Source: Octopus bimaculoides (taxonomy: Eukaryota). Taken from it: a stretch of 64,000 nt of DNA. Position 1 is the stretch's first letter. Each line of letters opens with the position of its first letter. Positions 60,631 through 64,000 of the stretch are shown piece after piece. The stretch is from the NCBI RefSeq assembly GCF_001194135.2, contig NC_068997.1:56248129-56312128 (forward strand), written 5' to 3'. A program made the position numbers and the translations under genes. Below the pieces are notes generated by a model. The model made no database searches and had not been told where the DNA came from. It saw only the letters and a list, made by a program, of their open reading frames with translations.

Positions 60631-62678
60631 CAGAAGTTTATCATTTAAATATATATGAGCATGTCTAGATATGCATGAGAACACACATATAAAACATACA
60701 AATCTGCACATACATGCATGCATGCATGCAAGCAAGCGAGCTGGTGCCATGAACATCAGGCATGCAAGTGTAGAGGACTGAATATAATCTCTGTTTGGGT
60801 GTTTTCTTCTACAACTATGCTGACTCCTCCAGCCAAAATCCATAACTGGTTTATTTTCCCAGACACAAATCAGTGAAACACTTCTTAGCATTATTAAGAT
60901 TGGATTTTTAAAGATACACACAAAACCATATGGAATTTTGCTAACACAATCATGTCTGGAATTGATAAGAACACCACCAATGAAACCAGTACTACACACA
61001 CACACACACACACATACACACCTGGTTCTGGTTAAATGCATGTCTTTCATTAAAACACTTAGAGAATAACCTGGAATATGGAATTAACCAAATTGTGAAA
61101 TCTCTGTATATTCTCAGTGAAGATATATTTACAAACCAATAACAAAACATGTTTTATTTGTATGTTTTAATTTTTTTCTCCTTCACTTGAAAAATGTCGA
61201 TTTGATGAAGCAGGAAATAGTAACATTCATTTGTTTAATGCTTTTGAAAATAAACAAACATGAACTTGTTGATCTTCTGTATCTTCTCTCCGCATAACCA
61301 TTTACTCAGAACAAGAATTTTAATAAATGAGGTCTTACATAATTTGGAGTTCCTTGAAAGTTCCTTTCATAACTTCAAGAATCCATGTTTTAATCCATTT
61401 CCTGTGCAGCATTTCATAAGTCATAATTTTGGATTTTAAGTGATAAATTTCTATTCTGAACAAATGCAAAATTTAAAATGCCATTATCGCACCCACTTGA
61501 TACGTTCCCCGATGTTTCATTTTGTACATTTTTTTGTTGTTGATTCATGCAAAATTCCAATGGAAGACAATTTATGGAAACGGTCCAGATGAAGCTAGCA
61601 TCTTTTATTGTTGTCACAAGGATTCGAATATCATGGCAATAGCTTCATCATCACCATCATTATCATTGTTATCATCATCATTACCATTGTTAATATCGTT
61701 ATCATTGTGATCAACATCATAACTACCACCACCACCACCACCACCATTGCCATTGTCAAAGTTATCACCATTTTTGTTGTTGCCATAATTATCTGTTAAC
61801 AGAATACCATTGTTCACGAATGAGGCAACTAGTTTTTCCTCTGTTGCTCTGCTGTAATATTCCAGATATTTGTCTTGAATAACAAACTGTTCTACCATTA
61901 TCAGAACAAGAGGAGACATCCTATCATCTTTAGCAGGCTACACATGTACATTTGTAAAATGAAGGTCCTCTCTAAACAATTGGTGTCCTTAGAAGTTTGC
62001 CAACATACATGTAGGGTTATCCACTCCACTCCATGAGGAGCACTCATTTCATATATGAACTATTTTTACCTTTGCAGAGAGGGGAAACTTCTCACCCTTT
62101 CTAGCCTTTCTCATCCCTTCCTCCCTTCTCTTGTTTTCTCTCTGTTGCTCTCTCACTCTCTCTCTCTCTCTCTTCCCCTCTTTCTCCTCTGCCTTCTGCT
62201 GACACATGACCCATGGTTAGCTTTCTTTTTATCTTCTCCCTTTTTCACACTGGTTGCATCGCTGACTGGTCCTAAATTCTGTGTGTCCCATTACCTTGCT
62301 ATTTGCTGTTTCCGAATCCTTTACGATGTCTTGAAAGTGTTACCCGCCAATCTTGTCTTTTTTAGCCCTGAGGCTGTATTTTGTTCATTTCTGATTTATT
62401 TCCTGTTTGTCCATCATCTTAAATTACATTTGTTCACTTTCGTATGTCCACTATGTATCGTTTTGTTTGCTCTCAGCCCAATATTCTCTGCAAATTTTGC
62501 AGGCACCACCAGCATGGGAAATTCACAGGTTCATCATTGAAGGTACAAAACTGAGTAATACCACCTGGTTGATAACTGATGAAGAAATAGGGACCTTCTG
62601 TGTCTGTCTCCCATCCAATTGTACACTCAGTATACATCATACATTTACAATTTACAATACAATTTCATGTATTATATA

Positions 62679-62727
<49 letters not shown>

Positions 62728-63102
62728 NNNNNNNNNNNNNNNNNNNNNNNNNNNNNNNNNNNNNNNNNNNNNNNNNNNNNNNNNNNNNNNNNNNNNNNNN
62801 NNNNNNNNNNNNNNNNNNNNNNNNNNNNNNNNNNNNNNNNNNNNNNNNNNNNNNNNNNNNNNNNNNNNNNNNNNNNNNNNNNNNNNNNNNNNNNNNNNNN
62901 NNNNNNNNNNNNNNNNNNNNNNNNNNNNNNNNNNNNNNNNNNNNNNNNNNNNNNNNNNNNNNNNNNNNNNNNNNNNNNNNNNNNNNNNNNNNNNNNNNNN
63001 NNNNNNNNNNNNNNNNNNNNNNNNNNNNNNNNNNNNNNNNNNNNNNNNNNNNNNNNNNNNNNNNNNNNNNNNNNNNNNNNNNNNNNNNNNNNNNNNNNNN
63101 NN
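62728..63102. other. Assembly gap (N run) after a (TA)n tract
   Basis: Ns. Confidence 1.
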
Positions 63103-63144
63103 CACCTTGTGGTTGGGAAGAAGCCACACAGCTATGCCTGAACT

Positions 63145-63181
<37 letters not shown>

Positions 63182-63430
63182 GTATGTATGTATGTATATA
63201 GGCTTACTACTTTTGCACCACCCTGGATGTTTGCATCTATGTATATGCATATGTAAATATATATATGTATATATATATGTGTATATATATATACTTATAT
63301 ATGCATTTATATACACAAACACACACACATATACATATAAACACATATATATGCACATATACATACATTGTACATATATATATATATATGTGTGTGTGTG
63401 TATATGTACACATACACACATACTATATAC
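63145..63430. repeat. Compound (TA)/(TG)/(CA) microsatellite field; a similar field runs from about 63780 to the window end
   Basis: Directly visible. Confidence 0.9.
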
Positions 63431-63964
63431 CATGTGAAAAAAACCCCACTGTTCAATCAATGGTAATGTTTGAGTGTTGTCTAAGAGTGATAAAAATCAA
63501 AGAGATCCGTTTGTGTAGGAAACCGAGAACAATAGAACCTGATTTCCGACTGCTTTGCGAAAATAACTGGGTTTTTTTTTTTTTTTTCATGATTCATGAC
63601 AAATTATTTGGCCGAGAAAATGGTGGAATCATATATTTATTATTTTTCAGTTTCGGTATTTACCAATTTCTAGGATTTCTTTTTAGAAAGAATTTTTTTC
63701 TTCATTCATCTTTTATTTCTTTTTACTTCTAACTTTTCCTGAGTGGCATTATTGTTGAAATGATATAATGTTTTTTTGAATATGTATGTCTGGATGTGTG
63801 TGTGGATATATTATGTATGTAGGTATCTATGTATACATAAATGTTCTTATATATATATATATAAGTATATGTATATATATATGTATATATGTGTGTGTGT
63901 ATATATATATATATATGTGTGTGTGTGTATATATATATATGTGTGTGTGTGTATATATATATAA

Positions 63965-64000
<36 letters not shown>

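Noticed and set aside
62503-62542. 40-nt + strand exon candidate (APPAWEIHRFIIE) with plausible splice sites
   Set aside because: No recognisable homology and no phase-linked partner exon; donor only moderate.

Overview
AT-rich, microsatellite-dense eukaryotic DNA with eight N gaps. It is most likely intronic or intergenic sequence from an octopus (coleoid cephalopod); this is inferred from the SINE families and repeat style, not from a database search. No host protein-coding gene, tRNA, rRNA, snRNA or CRISPR array could be identified with confidence. Most long ORFs in the supplied track are artefacts of microsatellites or N runs. Recognisable coding content is transposon debris: three mariner fragments, two pogo/Tigger relics, a Ty3/Gypsy relic, R4/Dong-like (RLE) LINE fragments, an RTE LINE fragment, CR1-like tails, a probable solo LTR, and many tRNA-derived SINEs. 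The most interesting signals are RNA-structural. (1) Four hammerhead-ribozyme-like cores occur, all on the + strand; one has an unusually long (~100 nt) stem II and one has the palindromic ACUAGU/GUC stem III typical of Penelope-type dimeric hammerheads. (2) A 40-bp near-perfect hairpin has a 3' arm carrying UAAGGCAC, the miR-124 seed, near the top of the stem. (3) Long inverted repeat pairs could form dsRNA, one enclosing a candidate exon. (4) A 21-bp minisatellite encodes eight consecutive N-A-S glycosylation sequons in an open frame. SINE and relic boundaries are approximate, and all family names come from motif recognition by eye.
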